Below, piece by piece: positions 28,520 through 39,326 of a stretch of DNA of 64,000 nucleotides; position 1 is the stretch's first letter; the number at the start of each line of letters is the position of its first letter. The stretch is from an uncultured Verrucomicrobiales bacterium. GTDB lineage: Bacteria > Verrucomicrobiota > Verrucomicrobiia > Verrucomicrobiales > DEV007. The notes under the pieces were generated by a model. That model was not told the origin of the DNA, made no database searches, and saw only the letters and a list, made by a program, of their open reading frames with translations. A program made the position numbers and the translations under genes. The stretch covers positions 1 through 64,000 of the forward strand of contig CALKOM010000026.1 of NCBI GenBank assembly GCA_938091905.1. Reading direction: 5' to 3'.

Positions 28520-29920
28520 ATGCAGCATCTTTCTATTCCAGCGGCATTAGTTTTCCTTCTGGCGAGCGTTTCAATTCTAGGTGCGGATGACGACATGCGC
28601 GCAGGCGCTGGAATGGTAGCCATCACGCCACCAGCGGGAGTCCCTCTTGCTGGATACTATCACAAACGTGGGGCGAGTGGTGTGCATGATGAGTTGTATT
28701 CCCGGGCCATCGTGATCGAGAAGAATGGCGTTCAATCGGCGATTGTTAGTTTGGATCTGATCAGTACCCGTCGTGGCTTTGTTGAGAAGGCCAGGGAATT
28801 GATCAACGATCGAACTGGTATTCCCAGTGAGAATGTGATGATTAGCGCTACACACGCGCACACCGGCCCTGTCCTCGCTGATGATCTTTTGTTTAAAAGT
28901 CAGGGAGCATCCGATCCAGCCGCAGCGGCCTTTATGAAGGAACTGCCTGGCAAGATCGCGCAAAGTGTTTGTGCGGCCTACAAGCGTTTGGTTGAAGCGG
29001 AAGCGTTGGCTGCCATTGGAAACGAGGGTTCCATCACCTTCAATCGTCGGTTTCATATGCGTGATGGATCTGTGGGGTGGAATCCTGGGAAACTTAATGC
29101 GAACATCATTAAGCCAGCTGGACCTATCGACCCTGAAGTGCCAGTGGTCTATTTCCGCGAGCCTGCGAATAAGAATCCTCTGGCGGTCTACGTGAATTAC
29201 TCGGTGCACCTGGACAATGTTGGAGGCGATTTGATTTCTGCAGATCTCCCTTACACCGTAACGGAGAATCTCCGCAAAGCAGTCGGTGATCAACTTGTAA
29301 CCGTGTACACCAGTGGCGCTTGTGGCGATCTAAACCATGTCGATGTTCAATGGGTGGAACCTCAGAGGGGCCATGAAAACGCTGCCCGTATGGGAACGAT
29401 TCTCTCTGCTGAAGTGTTGCGTGCTTGGCCGAGATTGGAGGCAGTGGAAGGGGCTTTGCAGATCAAGACTCGTTTGGTCGTGCTGGAGATTCCGAAGGTA
29501 AGCACGGAAGCTTTTGCGAATGCGAAAGAGATTGTGAGATCTGGGAATGATAGGAACCGGAAAAACTTCATGCAGTTGGTCAATGCAAACAAAGTGCTCG
29601 ATGTCGCTGAGCGTGAGGGCAAACCGTTTCAAGTTGAGGTGCAAGTCATCACGTTGGGAGACTACTTGGCTTGGGTAGCGCTGCCGGGAGAGATCTTTGT
29701 TGAGTTGGGCCTCGATCTGAAATCATCGTCTCCATTCAAGCAAACCATCGTCGCCGAGTTGGCGAATGGTAGTATTGGCTATGTGCCTACGAGTCGTGCC
29801 TATCGGCAGGGAGCCTACGAAGTGGTCAGTGCGCGGTGTGTGAAGGGCTCTGGAGAGAAGCTCGTGAATGCTGCGCTTGATCTCTTGAATGCCTGCTATT
29901 CAAATGCAACGACAGACTGA
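28520..29920 (+). CDS. exported neutral/alkaline ceramidase-like hydrolase
   Basis: ITPP.GVPLAGY, GVHDELYSRA, SATHAHTGP, FNRR, SADLP, GACGDLN and LPGEIFVELG. Confidence 0.88.
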   Translation: MQHLSIPAALVFLLASVSILGADDDMRAGAGMVAITPPAGVPLAGYYHKRGASGVHDELYSRAIVIEKNGVQSAIVSLDLISTRRGFVEKARELINDRTGIPSENVMISATHAHTGPVLADDLLFKSQGASDPAAAAFMKELPGKIAQSVCAAYKRLVEAEALAAIGNEGSITFNRRFHMRDGSVGWNPGKLNANIIKPAGPIDPEVPVVYFREPANKNPLAVYVNYSVHLDNVGGDLISADLPYTVTENLRKAVGDQLVTVYTSGACGDLNHVDVQWVEPQRGHENAARMGTILSAEVLRAWPRLEAVEGALQIKTRLVVLEIPKVSTEAFANAKEIVRSGNDRNRKNFMQLVNANKVLDVAEREGKPFQVEVQVITLGDYLAWVALPGEIFVELGLDLKSSSPFKQTIVAELANGSIGYVPTSRAYRQGAYEVVSARCVKGSGEKLVNAALDLLNACYSNATTD

Positions 29921-31356
29921 TGACCACGTCTCGATTTGTTCTCACGATCATCTGCTTCTTTGTGCTTGGCTCGGCGGTGGTGGCCGAAGACAAGCCCAAC
30001 GTTATCCTGTTCGTCTCAGATGATCACGGGACGGATGCCTTGGGATGCTATGGAAACAAGGTTATCAAGACCCCGCACATGGATCGTTTGGCGGAGGAGG
30101 GTGTGCGATTTACTCGTGCCTACTGCACCAGTGCGAGTTGTGCAGCGAGTCGGTCAGTCATTCTGACAGGGCAGTATGGGCACGCCACGGGCTCTTACGG
30201 GCATGTGCATGATTATCATCATTTCAGTACCTACGATTCGGTGCCGTCCCTGCCCGTGTTGCTTGAGAAAGCGGGCTATCGGACGGCTCGCATCGGTAAA
30301 TACCATCTCGCTCCAGAGACGGTCTTTCGTTTCAGCACGACCTTGCAAGCAGATCCACGCAGTACTGTGGAAATGGCCGAAGCTTGCAAGGAGGTGATCG
30401 AACAGGAGCAACCGTTCTTCCTCTACTTCTGCCCTGATGACCCGCATCGTGGACAGCCGTTCAAACCAGACCCTTGGAATGCTCCGAATAACTTTGGCAA
30501 TAAGCCTGAAGGGTTTCCTGGCGTCGACCCGATCACTTACTTTCCTGATGAGGTGATTGTCCCAGCTTTCCTCCCCGACAATTCAGAGTGTCGCCGGGAA
30601 CTTGCGGAGTACTACCAGTCGGTGTCACGAATCGATCAAGGGCTCGGGAAATTGTTAGCAATGTTGGAAGCGTCAGGTAAATCAGGTAACACTATCATTA
30701 TCTACATCTCGGACAACGGCATCGCTTTCCCTGGCGCGAAGACGACCATGTATGAACCCGGGATTAAACTCCCTTGCATTGTCAAAGATCCTCGTTCGAA
30801 ACACCGTGGCTTGGTCAATGAGGCCATGCTCTCCTGGGTGGATCTCACGCCGACCATCCTCGATTTCGCAGGAGTCCAGTTTGCCGAGAAAGATTTCCAC
30901 GGGCGTTCCTTCGCACCGATCCTTGGGGAATCACCGTCAAAGGAATGGAATGAAGTCTACGCCTCACATAATTTCCACGAGATCACGATGTACTACCCCA
31001 TGAGGGTGGTTAGGGTAGGGGACTACAAGATGATTTGGAACATTGCTTGGAGATTAGAATATCCGTTTGCATCGGACTTGTGGGCTGCTTCCACTTGGCA
31101 AGCCATTCATCGTAGGAATGGCAGGATCTATGGAAAACGAAAGGTGAGGGATTATCTATTCAGGCCCGAGTTCGAGCTCTACGATCTTTCATCAGATCCG
31201 AATGAACAAACTAATTTGGCCAAAGTGAAAAATCATTCGGGTCGACTCGACCGACTTAAAAAGACCCTCAAAGCGTTTCAGGTCAGGACTAAAGATCCTT
31301 GGCTGATCATGTGGGACAACGATGCGCAATTGCAAGGTAGTGGCACGGGACTTTGA
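29920..31356 (+). CDS. exported sulfatase, N-sulfoglucosamine sulfohydrolase (SGSH)-like
   Basis: SDDHG, SCAASRSVILTG, DPHR, SDNGIAFPGAK and HEITMYYPMR. Confidence 0.9.
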   Translation: MTTSRFVLTIICFFVLGSAVVAEDKPNVILFVSDDHGTDALGCYGNKVIKTPHMDRLAEEGVRFTRAYCTSASCAASRSVILTGQYGHATGSYGHVHDYHHFSTYDSVPSLPVLLEKAGYRTARIGKYHLAPETVFRFSTTLQADPRSTVEMAEACKEVIEQEQPFFLYFCPDDPHRGQPFKPDPWNAPNNFGNKPEGFPGVDPITYFPDEVIVPAFLPDNSECRRELAEYYQSVSRIDQGLGKLLAMLEASGKSGNTIIIYISDNGIAFPGAKTTMYEPGIKLPCIVKDPRSKHRGLVNEAMLSWVDLTPTILDFAGVQFAEKDFHGRSFAPILGESPSKEWNEVYASHNFHEITMYYPMRVVRVGDYKMIWNIAWRLEYPFASDLWAASTWQAIHRRNGRIYGKRKVRDYLFRPEFELYDLSSDPNEQTNLAKVKNHSGRLDRLKKTLKAFQVRTKDPWLIMWDNDAQLQGSGTGL

Positions 31357-31456
31357 GCGAATGGGGCCTCTGGCCGTAATCAAGACGAAAAATAGTTTCA
31401 TTCGTTTGATCATTTATGGTAGTCACCTTGGCCCCTTACCCTTCATACCTGTTATC

Positions 31457-34306
31457 ATGGACGTTCCGAAGCCACTATTTGGCGCATTTCTGTTGTGTGC
31501 ACTCACGATTTCGACTCTTGCACAGGACGGTCAGGAGGTCGTTCTCGCGGACGAACCAGATATCTATTACACCATGGGCAAGCTGACTGACGGCGAGGAT
31601 GCGGTTTTTGCTGAGGCCGGAGTCGATGTTGGTGGAGCGGACCTCCATGCGCGTCTCGATGCTGAAGGCGACTTGCCGATGCTCACGGACGGTATCGTCC
31701 CTACCGCAGGTGATGGCGCGATGATGTTCGATGCGGGGGAAGGCCAATCGCTGTTCATTGCCGATTCTCCTTTCACGAACGACACTCCGGATAACCTAGG
31801 TGTCACGAACCGAACTTACGAATTGTGGTTCCAGCCTCGAAATCTACCTGAGACGGGCGAAGACAATCGGCAGATTATCTATATGGAAGGCGGCACCACG
31901 CGTGGTCTCACAATATACTTGGATGGGACGCAGGATGGTGATCCGACAGAGGCAGATTTGTACGTCATGACCACCAACTTGGCTGAAGAGGCCTGGGGAG
32001 GTGAGGCTGGCCCTGGCGCTACGGACCCAGATTTCGCGGTCCGAGCAACGGTTCAGGAGGGGGAGACTTATCACCTTGTTTATGTCATCGACAAGCCGGA
32101 CGACGTTCGGGAGAATCTGAATGGAGACTTAATCGGCTATCTGAATGGCGAGGAGTTTGGGCGGGTGGATGACAAAGTGGGTCTGTGGTTTGATCACACC
32201 GATGACAGTGGGATTGGTGGACGATATGGCCAAACCGTCTTTCACGATGGAACCATTACGGATGGGCCCTTCTACTTTTACGACGGCGTTGTTGATGAAT
32301 TTGCGGTCTACGACGGTAGATCGCTAACCGCCGAACAGATCCAAAACCATTACCTGACTGGTATCGGTTCTGATGAGATACCCATCGATGAGTTTGCCGC
32401 TGATGCTGCTCGAGTAGCTGCAGGAGCAGATCTTACGCTGTCTTGGGAGGTGAATGCCTTCGACACTCTAACGATCAACAATGACGTCGGCGATGTCTCT
32501 GGAAACACGGCAGATGGCAAAGGGAGTATCACGTTACAGCCAACTGCAAGCACTACTTACACACTCCATGCAACCGAAGGCGATGTGGACCAGAGTAAAT
32601 CCGTGTCCGTGCACGTTGGCCCTCCGGTAATCAGGACGTTTGAAGTCAGCGGTTCTTCCGAGATTCGGGTCGGTGGCTTGGCGACTCTGGCGTGGAACGC
32701 GGATGGCGAAACCTCGGTGACGATTGAACCAGATATTGGGGACGTTAGTGGAAGTAGTCGCGTTAACGTGAGCCCAACGACCACGACGACCTATACACTT
32801 ACGGCTACGAGCGAGCTTGGTTTTGCTTCGTCCGAAGTCACCGTGACTGTTTCCACAAATCTCATTCCGGATTTGGGGTGGTCAGCCAACGATGTGGAGG
32901 ATCTTACGGTTGAATGGTTACCTACAAACAATAACACCGACAACGACGGAATCTTTTTCGCGGGCGAAGGAGCCCTCGAGTTAGGCGTCTCTAACTTTGC
33001 CAATATCTCAGCATGGGTGAACTCGCCTGCGCTAGCGCTGAGTTCAAATCCGGCGGACTCCTGGCAGGATGGGCTTGGTGGCCCCGTGACACAGGGTAAT
33101 GTCAGTTGGGAGATGGTTTTCCGGCCGGGCGACTACGAAGGAATCCACACTCTGTTTAATACCGGCGGGAATGGCGATGGGACTGCTTTCGTTCTCGAGG
33201 GGAGTGTGTTGGATTTCCGTTTTCAGGACGCCAACGCTGACGATCAGCGTGTTATCGTTTCTACTGACTTGGCCGAAATCGGAAGCAATTCTGATTTTTA
33301 CCATGTCGTCGGTGTGGCGGATATCGACTCGGCGAATACCGGAACAGCAACGATTTATGTGAATGGAGAGCTGCGAGCTGAGGTGACGAGCGCTGGGACG
33401 ATCAACGACTGGGACGGCGGTGACTTGGCGGAACTTGGTACAGGCAACAACATCCCTGGTGGCAATCCCTTTAATCCGGAGGAATTCACTGGGGACATTG
33501 CGCTGTTCAATTATTATGAAGGTCTCTTGCTGGGGCCACAGCAGGTCGAGACTCTCTTTGCGGCCCAAGCTGGGGCTACCGGATTCCAAATCACAAGCAT
33601 CGAGGTCGACGACACGAATTTGGTGACGCTCACCTGGGATTCCGCCCCAGGTAAATTCTACGATGTGGAGGTGTCAGGAGACCTGGCGACAAATTCCTGG
33701 CAGACTGCTATGCGCGCGATCACGGCAGCACCAGACCCTGCCATTGTTACTTCAGCGTCCGTTCAAAGCCCTGCAGATGCTGCGGCGCAATATATGCGGG
33801 TCCGCCAAGTGGGGCCACCTCCGTTCCTCGAAACGAGCTTCGAGGATGGCATGGGTGACTGGACTGTAGCCGGTGATGGCACGGTGTGGGAATTTGGCAC
33901 TCCGACTTCCGGTCCAGGAGCAGCGAATACGGGATCCGGTGCCGTTGCCACTGGCCTTGCTGGCGACTACACTGATGGCACGGTCACCCAGCTGCGCACG
34001 CCCGTCATTGATCCTGGTGAGACAGATCGTGTGAAGTTGGAATTCTCTTACTTTCTACAGGCTGCTGAAGGTCATGGTGGGCAGATCAGTATTTTGGAGG
34101 CAGACGGGACTGTCATCCAGAGCCTGGAAAAGCTCTACTTGGGCGGGCAGGACGACACCTCCGAATGGACACAAGAGGCCATTCGGCTGCCAACGCTTGC
34201 ACCCGCCCGTCCGTTTATTGTCCAGTTTGCCTTCTTGTCGACCGAAGACGGCGATCCTAACAATGGAGCTGGTTGGTTCATTGATGACGTTCGGATAGGG
34301 AAATGA
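31457..34306 (+). CDS. large acidic secreted protein with two LamG-like domains, Ig-like repeats and a C-terminal jelly-roll
   Basis: Signal peptide; TYELWF, YHLVYV, GVVDEFAVY, PTASTTYTL / PTTTTTYTLTA and GWFIDDV. Confidence 0.85.
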   Translation: MDVPKPLFGAFLLCALTISTLAQDGQEVVLADEPDIYYTMGKLTDGEDAVFAEAGVDVGGADLHARLDAEGDLPMLTDGIVPTAGDGAMMFDAGEGQSLFIADSPFTNDTPDNLGVTNRTYELWFQPRNLPETGEDNRQIIYMEGGTTRGLTIYLDGTQDGDPTEADLYVMTTNLAEEAWGGEAGPGATDPDFAVRATVQEGETYHLVYVIDKPDDVRENLNGDLIGYLNGEEFGRVDDKVGLWFDHTDDSGIGGRYGQTVFHDGTITDGPFYFYDGVVDEFAVYDGRSLTAEQIQNHYLTGIGSDEIPIDEFAADAARVAAGADLTLSWEVNAFDTLTINNDVGDVSGNTADGKGSITLQPTASTTYTLHATEGDVDQSKSVSVHVGPPVIRTFEVSGSSEIRVGGLATLAWNADGETSVTIEPDIGDVSGSSRVNVSPTTTTTYTLTATSELGFASSEVTVTVSTNLIPDLGWSANDVEDLTVEWLPTNNNTDNDGIFFAGEGALELGVSNFANISAWVNSPALALSSNPADSWQDGLGGPVTQGNVSWEMVFRPGDYEGIHTLFNTGGNGDGTAFVLEGSVLDFRFQDANADDQRVIVSTDLAEIGSNSDFYHVVGVADIDSANTGTATIYVNGELRAEVTSAGTINDWDGGDLAELGTGNNIPGGNPFNPEEFTGDIALFNYYEGLLLGPQQVETLFAAQAGATGFQITSIEVDDTNLVTLTWDSAPGKFYDVEVSGDLATNSWQTAMRAITAAPDPAIVTSASVQSPADAAAQYMRVRQVGPPPFLETSFEDGMGDWTVAGDGTVWEFGTPTSGPGAANTGSGAVATGLAGDYTDGTVTQLRTPVIDPGETDRVKLEFSYFLQAAEGHGGQISILEADGTVIQSLEKLYLGGQDDTSEWTQEAIRLPTLAPARPFIVQFAFLSTEDGDPNNGAGWFIDDVRIGK

Positions 34307-34361
34307 TCGGTAGGGTGGCGCATATGTCGCCAATCCCTGGGATTTTCAATCAAACGAGGTA

Positions 34362-36137
34362 TTGAGACCGACTTCCAGTGCCTTGTCGCGGAAACTAGTG
34401 GCCAAGCTAGGCGTCGCGATGGTGGCAACGTTGGTAGCATTGGTTATTGGTGAGCTGTCAATTCGTCTTCTACGCCTAGCGCCTGAGTTCAAGTCGATCG
34501 ACCTTGCGCAGGAAGATTGTGTCTATCAGCGGTCGACCAATCCGCTATTGGGGTTTGAGCTCAAGGCGAACTATCGAAACGCTGATCCCGATTTTATTGC
34601 AAGTTACGAACGTACCAATGCCCATGGACAGCGTGATAAAGAGCGGTCCGTGCAATGTACGAACGACGTACTTCGTGTGGTCGTGCTCGGCGATTCGGTG
34701 GTGGAAGGACACGGATTGGCTGAAGATGAGATCATCTCACGACAATGGGAGGATCTCTACACAGACGATTCGACGGAGGTCCTGAACTTTGGAGTCAGTG
34801 CCTACTGTACTCTGGCAGAGATCGAACTGTTGGAGACGAAAGCGTTGCCCTTTGACCCTGACGTTGTCGTCGTGCTCTTCGTTGAGAACGACTTCGACAA
34901 CTTTAATCGAGAAGCATTCTCGCTCGGGGAGGCGTCACCTAAGCCTGTACCCGTGAAGTGGTTGTTCCGGCGATCGCATGTGTTCCGACTCGCTGCCATC
35001 CGATTGAATTTGTTTCATTTCGGTGCAGAGACGGATCCAGTCCGTTGGAACAAGAAAGCGATAGGAGACAACAATGTTGTCGAAGGCTTCAAGCGATTGA
35101 AGGCTCTGGCAGATCGAGAAGGATTTCAGCCGTTGATCGCGATTTGGCCTAGGTTTCTCGATAACGACATCGTCGACACGCCACTCGTATCAGATGATGA
35201 TCCTACGCCACTTGCCGAACGTCTCGCGTCGATGCATGGCTTGCCATCGGCACGGCTGTCTATATTGTTTGAGCGACATCGGACGCAAACAGAAGGTGTG
35301 GACAATCCGAGACGTTACTACAGTTCAGGAGACGGATTGCATCCATCTTCTCATGGGGCTGCCGTCGCCGCCGCCGGATTGAAGGAGCTCCTTGAGGAAT
35401 TGGAAACGGGAGCGCTTGTCGTGGGGGATGCTCCGTCGCCGGAAGCTCAAACCTCGCCCATCGCCATTGCGCAATCGCTAGGGAAAGCCGAGCCCGACTA
35501 TTCTCGGGTTTATCATAGCCAAGGAGTGGCGCTATTGAGAGACGGCAAAACCGCGGAGGCGATCGAACAGTTTCAGAGAGCCCTGGTTGAAGATCCCGGT
35601 CATGCTGGTGCCAATGGCAACCTGGGGCTTGCCTATAAGAGATTGGGGAAACCAGATGAGGCGAAGCGGTTTTTCCAAAGAGCGATCGAATTGAGAGACG
35701 ATTTCGTCCAGGCTCATTTTAATTTAGCTAGTTTGTTAGTTGAGGAAGGGGACTCCTCCGCAGCGCTCCCGTTGTTTCGCCGAACGATTGAAATCGATCC
35801 TAAGCACACAGATGCATTGAACTTGCTGGGAATGGAACTTGGGAAAGCTCGCAAGTTCGCCGAAGCGCAAGTTTATCTAGAACGCGCCGTGACGATCGAG
35901 CCAGAGTTCTCCGAAGCCCACAACAACTTGGGCACGGTGTTCGCCGCGAAAGGAGAACTCGGGAAGGCTTTGCGCCAGTTTAAGGAAGCGGTTCGGACAG
36001 ACCCAACTAACCGAGGGGCAAGAGCTAGGTTGAAGCAGGTTCAGAGCATGCTCGGTAAGCAGCGAAGTTCATCAGATGACGCTACCCATTCGCAGAATTC
36101 AGGGATCGGCACACCCGATGATAAACCCTCTCCGTGA
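34362..36137 (+). CDS. membrane-anchored SGNH/GDSL hydrolase with C-terminal TPR repeats (start uncertain)
   Basis: VLGDS, NFGVSAY, ENDF and DGLHP; TPR repeats such as AHFNLA and AHNNLG. Confidence 0.87.
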   Translation: MRPTSSALSRKLVAKLGVAMVATLVALVIGELSIRLLRLAPEFKSIDLAQEDCVYQRSTNPLLGFELKANYRNADPDFIASYERTNAHGQRDKERSVQCTNDVLRVVVLGDSVVEGHGLAEDEIISRQWEDLYTDDSTEVLNFGVSAYCTLAEIELLETKALPFDPDVVVVLFVENDFDNFNREAFSLGEASPKPVPVKWLFRRSHVFRLAAIRLNLFHFGAETDPVRWNKKAIGDNNVVEGFKRLKALADREGFQPLIAIWPRFLDNDIVDTPLVSDDDPTPLAERLASMHGLPSARLSILFERHRTQTEGVDNPRRYYSSGDGLHPSSHGAAVAAAGLKELLEELETGALVVGDAPSPEAQTSPIAIAQSLGKAEPDYSRVYHSQGVALLRDGKTAEAIEQFQRALVEDPGHAGANGNLGLAYKRLGKPDEAKRFFQRAIELRDDFVQAHFNLASLLVEEGDSSAALPLFRRTIEIDPKHTDALNLLGMELGKARKFAEAQVYLERAVTIEPEFSEAHNNLGTVFAAKGELGKALRQFKEAVRTDPTNRGARARLKQVQSMLGKQRSSSDDATHSQNSGIGTPDDKPSP

Positions 36138-36162
36138 TCTGAAGGTATTCTAGGACCTACTT

Positions 36163-36398
36163 TCATCCTTTCTCGAGCTTTTGAATAACAAAGGACCGAT
36201 GTAATTCCAGATGTTCCGTGAAGACATTCATCGGTGTATGAAAGTCGCGTATAGCGTCATCAGGATCCTGCCTGAACGTTTCAGCACGTAGCCGCACTTC
36301 TGGTTCAATGCCGGCTCTGACGGCGGCGATCTTTGTTCCAATGGCATCTCCATTAAACACGGTCTCCGTGAGCATCTTCAAGCGGTTGAGGAATCGGT
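36163..36398 (-). pseudogene. orphan 3' gene tail, resembling the C-terminal helix region of CotH proteins
   Basis: DRFLNRLKMLTETVFN...KIAAVRAGIEPEVRLRA, fused to an IS3 fragment. Confidence 0.4.
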
Positions 36399-36648
36399 CT
36401 CCAGTGCTTTGAGGCGGCGGGCTTCGGCAACGTCCATCTCCCCGTATTTGCGTTTCCATGCATAGAGGGTCGCCAAGCTGATATTGTGCTTGGCGCACAG
36501 TTCTTTGGTTGTCATCTCGGTACCTGATTCCCGGAGGATGCCGATGATCTGTTCTTCGCTGAATCGCTTTCGTCCCATGAGGTCTGCGGATTGGATGTTA
36601 CCACGCAGACTCTAGTTCAGGCCTGTCTGCTTTGAGGTAAGCAGATCA
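36399..36648 (-). mobile_element. IS3-family (IS407-like) left-end remnant: IRL and truncated orfA
   Basis: MGRKRFSEEQIIGILRE...LCAKHNISLATLYAWKRKYGEMDVAEARRLKALE; upstream end TGATCTGCTTACCTCAAAGCAGACA. Confidence 0.85.
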
Positions 36649-37072
36649 CAATCAAGAAATGCCGAACGCCTGTGTTAACTTATACAAAAACTAACATTAA
36701 AATATTCTGGAGCCGCCTATTTAGTGTAATCATGCGCCAATGATACTTGAGTTAGAGCAACAAGACATTGATGAAGCTCTGAGTGATGAAGAGCTTGCGA
36801 ATAAACTCCGCCGTAAACTGCTCAATTTGCAGATGAGACACCCGGGAGCGCTGCTTGGAATGATAGCCAAGACCCTGAAAGGTATCGTTACATTGTTCTC
36901 GGTGCTGTCGACCGCCAGACGAAGAATATCTTCACCTTTACAAACTCATGATGGCGCTTGGTGTAAAAGCTCTCCGCGCCGAGAATCAAAGAGCGAATCG
37001 AAACCTCGCAGGGCATCGATCGTAGTGCTGGGCTGGAAGAAGTTAAGAATGATTTATGATGAATGCACCATG

Positions 37073-37825
37073 CTAGCGAATTGCCGAATAGTCAGTCGCC
37101 TTCATGTAGATCGATTCAGGTGATTTTGCCAATCGGCCAACGCCGGATTCTTTGGCTGCTTTCTTCCAAGCAGGATCGGCTCCGAATGCTTTCCAAGAAG
37201 CCTTGGCTGCATCACGGCTGTCGTATTTGAGAATATAGATCAGGGTGTCCTGTGAGTCAGGCCCGTCGGTGGGATGCCAATAGGCGACAGACTTCATGCC
37301 ATGCGATGCGAAAATCTTGATTGTATGATCACGAAACCGTGTGTCGAGTTTGCCTAACTTCCCCTCGGCTGCCTTGTAGATACGAAGCTCAAATACGTCA
37401 TGTTCGTTTCCTTCATTGTTCTCCCAGTTGGGCGAATAATCTGTGGTCTCCATAAAAACGGATTCCGGTCTTTTTGCTAAGATCTTGCCGTCCTTTTGAG
37501 ATTCTTTTGCAGCCTTTTTCCAGGCAGGGTCAGCTCCAAACGCCTTGAATGAAGCTGCTGCCGCCTCCCGGCTCTTGTGTTTGAGGACGTAGATCAGTGT
37601 ATTCTTCGACTTCTCCCCATCAGTCGGAACCCAGTAGCCAACAGACTCCATGCCGTGCTTCTTGAACAGTTTCACTGTGTGATCACGAAAGCGGGCATTG
37701 AGGGCGTCCAGCTTGCCTTCATTCGTGGTGTAAGTTCTCAGCTCGTAAACGTCTGCAACAGAAGGTTGTGCGAATGTCAAGATTCCGAATAGAGTGGCGG
37801 CGTAAAGTTTGATGAGGTTATTCAT
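37073..37825 (-). CDS. exported protein with two tandem NIPSNAP domains
   Basis: Signal peptide; two copies of (Y/F)ELR.Y...EGKL..L..RFRDHT...F.ADPAW...M..TDYS. Confidence 0.92.
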   Translation of the reverse strand: MNNLIKLYAATLFGILTFAQPSVADVYELRTYTTNEGKLDALNARFRDHTVKLFKKHGMESVGYWVPTDGEKSKNTLIYVLKHKSREAAAASFKAFGADPAWKKAAKESQKDGKILAKRPESVFMETTDYSPNWENNEGNEHDVFELRIYKAAEGKLGKLDTRFRDHTIKIFASHGMKSVAYWHPTDGPDSQDTLIYILKYDSRDAAKASWKAFGADPAWKKAAKESGVGRLAKSPESIYMKATDYSAIR

Positions 37826-38016
37826 GAGAGGATCCTTTCAGCTTTGGGGGGAGCCCGCACTCTCTAAATCAATCTGTTTTGTACTTTCCTGCTAGTCATC
37901 GCTTCGGAACCGATTTCAGTGAATGGCTAATGCAAGAGCGCTAAGCTCAAGAATCTGGACGAAGTCGTGCCAGACCGCTACGTTTCGAAGATGCCAGCCC
38001 TCATACAAACTGAATC

Positions 38017-39326
38017 ATGAAACGAGTTTTCAAGAGAATCCTGCTCTTTCAGTCACTGATATCTATGGTGTTTTTCGCTCCGTTAGCCTTGTCAGCAGAG
38101 ATCATGGCAGGCTTTGCCCATTTGGACATCACGCCACCGACCGGTGGGCAGACAACAGGTTATAATAACGCACTGGTCACCGACGGCATTCACGATCCGA
38201 CCTCGGCGCAGATGGTGGTTCTAGAAATTGACCAGTAATTGGTTGCTATGGGGATTTGTGATTTGTGTATCTTCAACTCGCCATGGTTGCACGAGGAGGT
38301 CCGCGGCTTGAGTGACGATCATTTCTTGCTGGCCAATACACACACACTCATGCTGGCCCCAGTATGCAGCAGAATGATTTCCCTTCTGCCGAGAAACCTT
38401 GGCGCCGGACGGTTGAGGAACGCATTCTTGCTAGCCTCCGTAAGACACTGAATGAATTGTTTCCCGCTCACTTTGCGGCGTCTAGAGGAGAGCTTCAGTT
38501 GGGCTATAATCGTTTGGTTCGGCAGCCTGAAGGTCATGCTCTCACACATTTCGAGAATCCCGAGCGCATCTCTTATGGCCCGGTCGACCCTACGGTGACC
38601 GTCACGCGGGCCAATGACGTTAGCGGAGCTGTGCGACTCGTGCTGGTGTCCGACGCGTGTTATCTCGTGGTGTTGGGGCAGCGGAACTGCAAGATCTCAG
38701 CAGGTTTCCCGGGAGTCCTGCGCAATAGGATCGAGGGAAAATTAAGCAACGATACCAGATGCGTTTTTATCAAGGGCGGAGCGGGGGATATCAATCCATT
38801 GTTCCTTCCAAGATCGGATGATCCTCAAGATGACTTCGCGGACATGGAGGCAATGGGCGATCTGTTAACCGAGAAGGTCCTAGCTATTCTCGAGCGTATG
38901 GCAATTAAAGGAGGAGGAGCCGATAGCCTTGAAGTCCGTTCCAAGGTCATCGAGGTGGATCACCGCTTTATCGCGAAAGAGTCGGTAACATTGGGTGCCA
39001 CCTCCATTCTCATCAATGGCGACATCAGTATCGTGACGATGCCTGGAGAGCCGTTCCACCTATTCCAAGATTATCTCAGCGATCGGGCTGCGTTGCCGAA
39101 TACCTTCTTCTTTGGCTACTGCGGTAATGAAGGCTACCCGTGGCCCAGTTACGTTCCTGATGTTATGTCCGCAGCGCGGGGGGGCTACGGTGCGAGCGAT
39201 ACCACGCAAGCTGCCGTGGGAACCGGCGGGCGATTGCTAAACCTCGGAGTTTCCTAGCTCTATCAAATGCGCGGCATGCTCAAAGTCACGCCGCAGCACC
39301 ACATTGGTGACGACAACGAAAAATGA
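38017..39326 (+). pseudogene. second ceramidase-like hydrolase, pseudogene
   Basis: DITPP, DGIHDP, NTHTHAGP, YNR, GGAGDINP and PGEPF; TAA at 38236, a 2-nt slip in an (AC)n run near 38340, and TAG at 39255. Confidence 0.88.

Noticed and set aside
36740..37123. 127-aa plus-strand ORF
   Set aside because: No recognisable family and it overlaps the NIPSNAP 3' end. It may be a remnant but cannot be supported.
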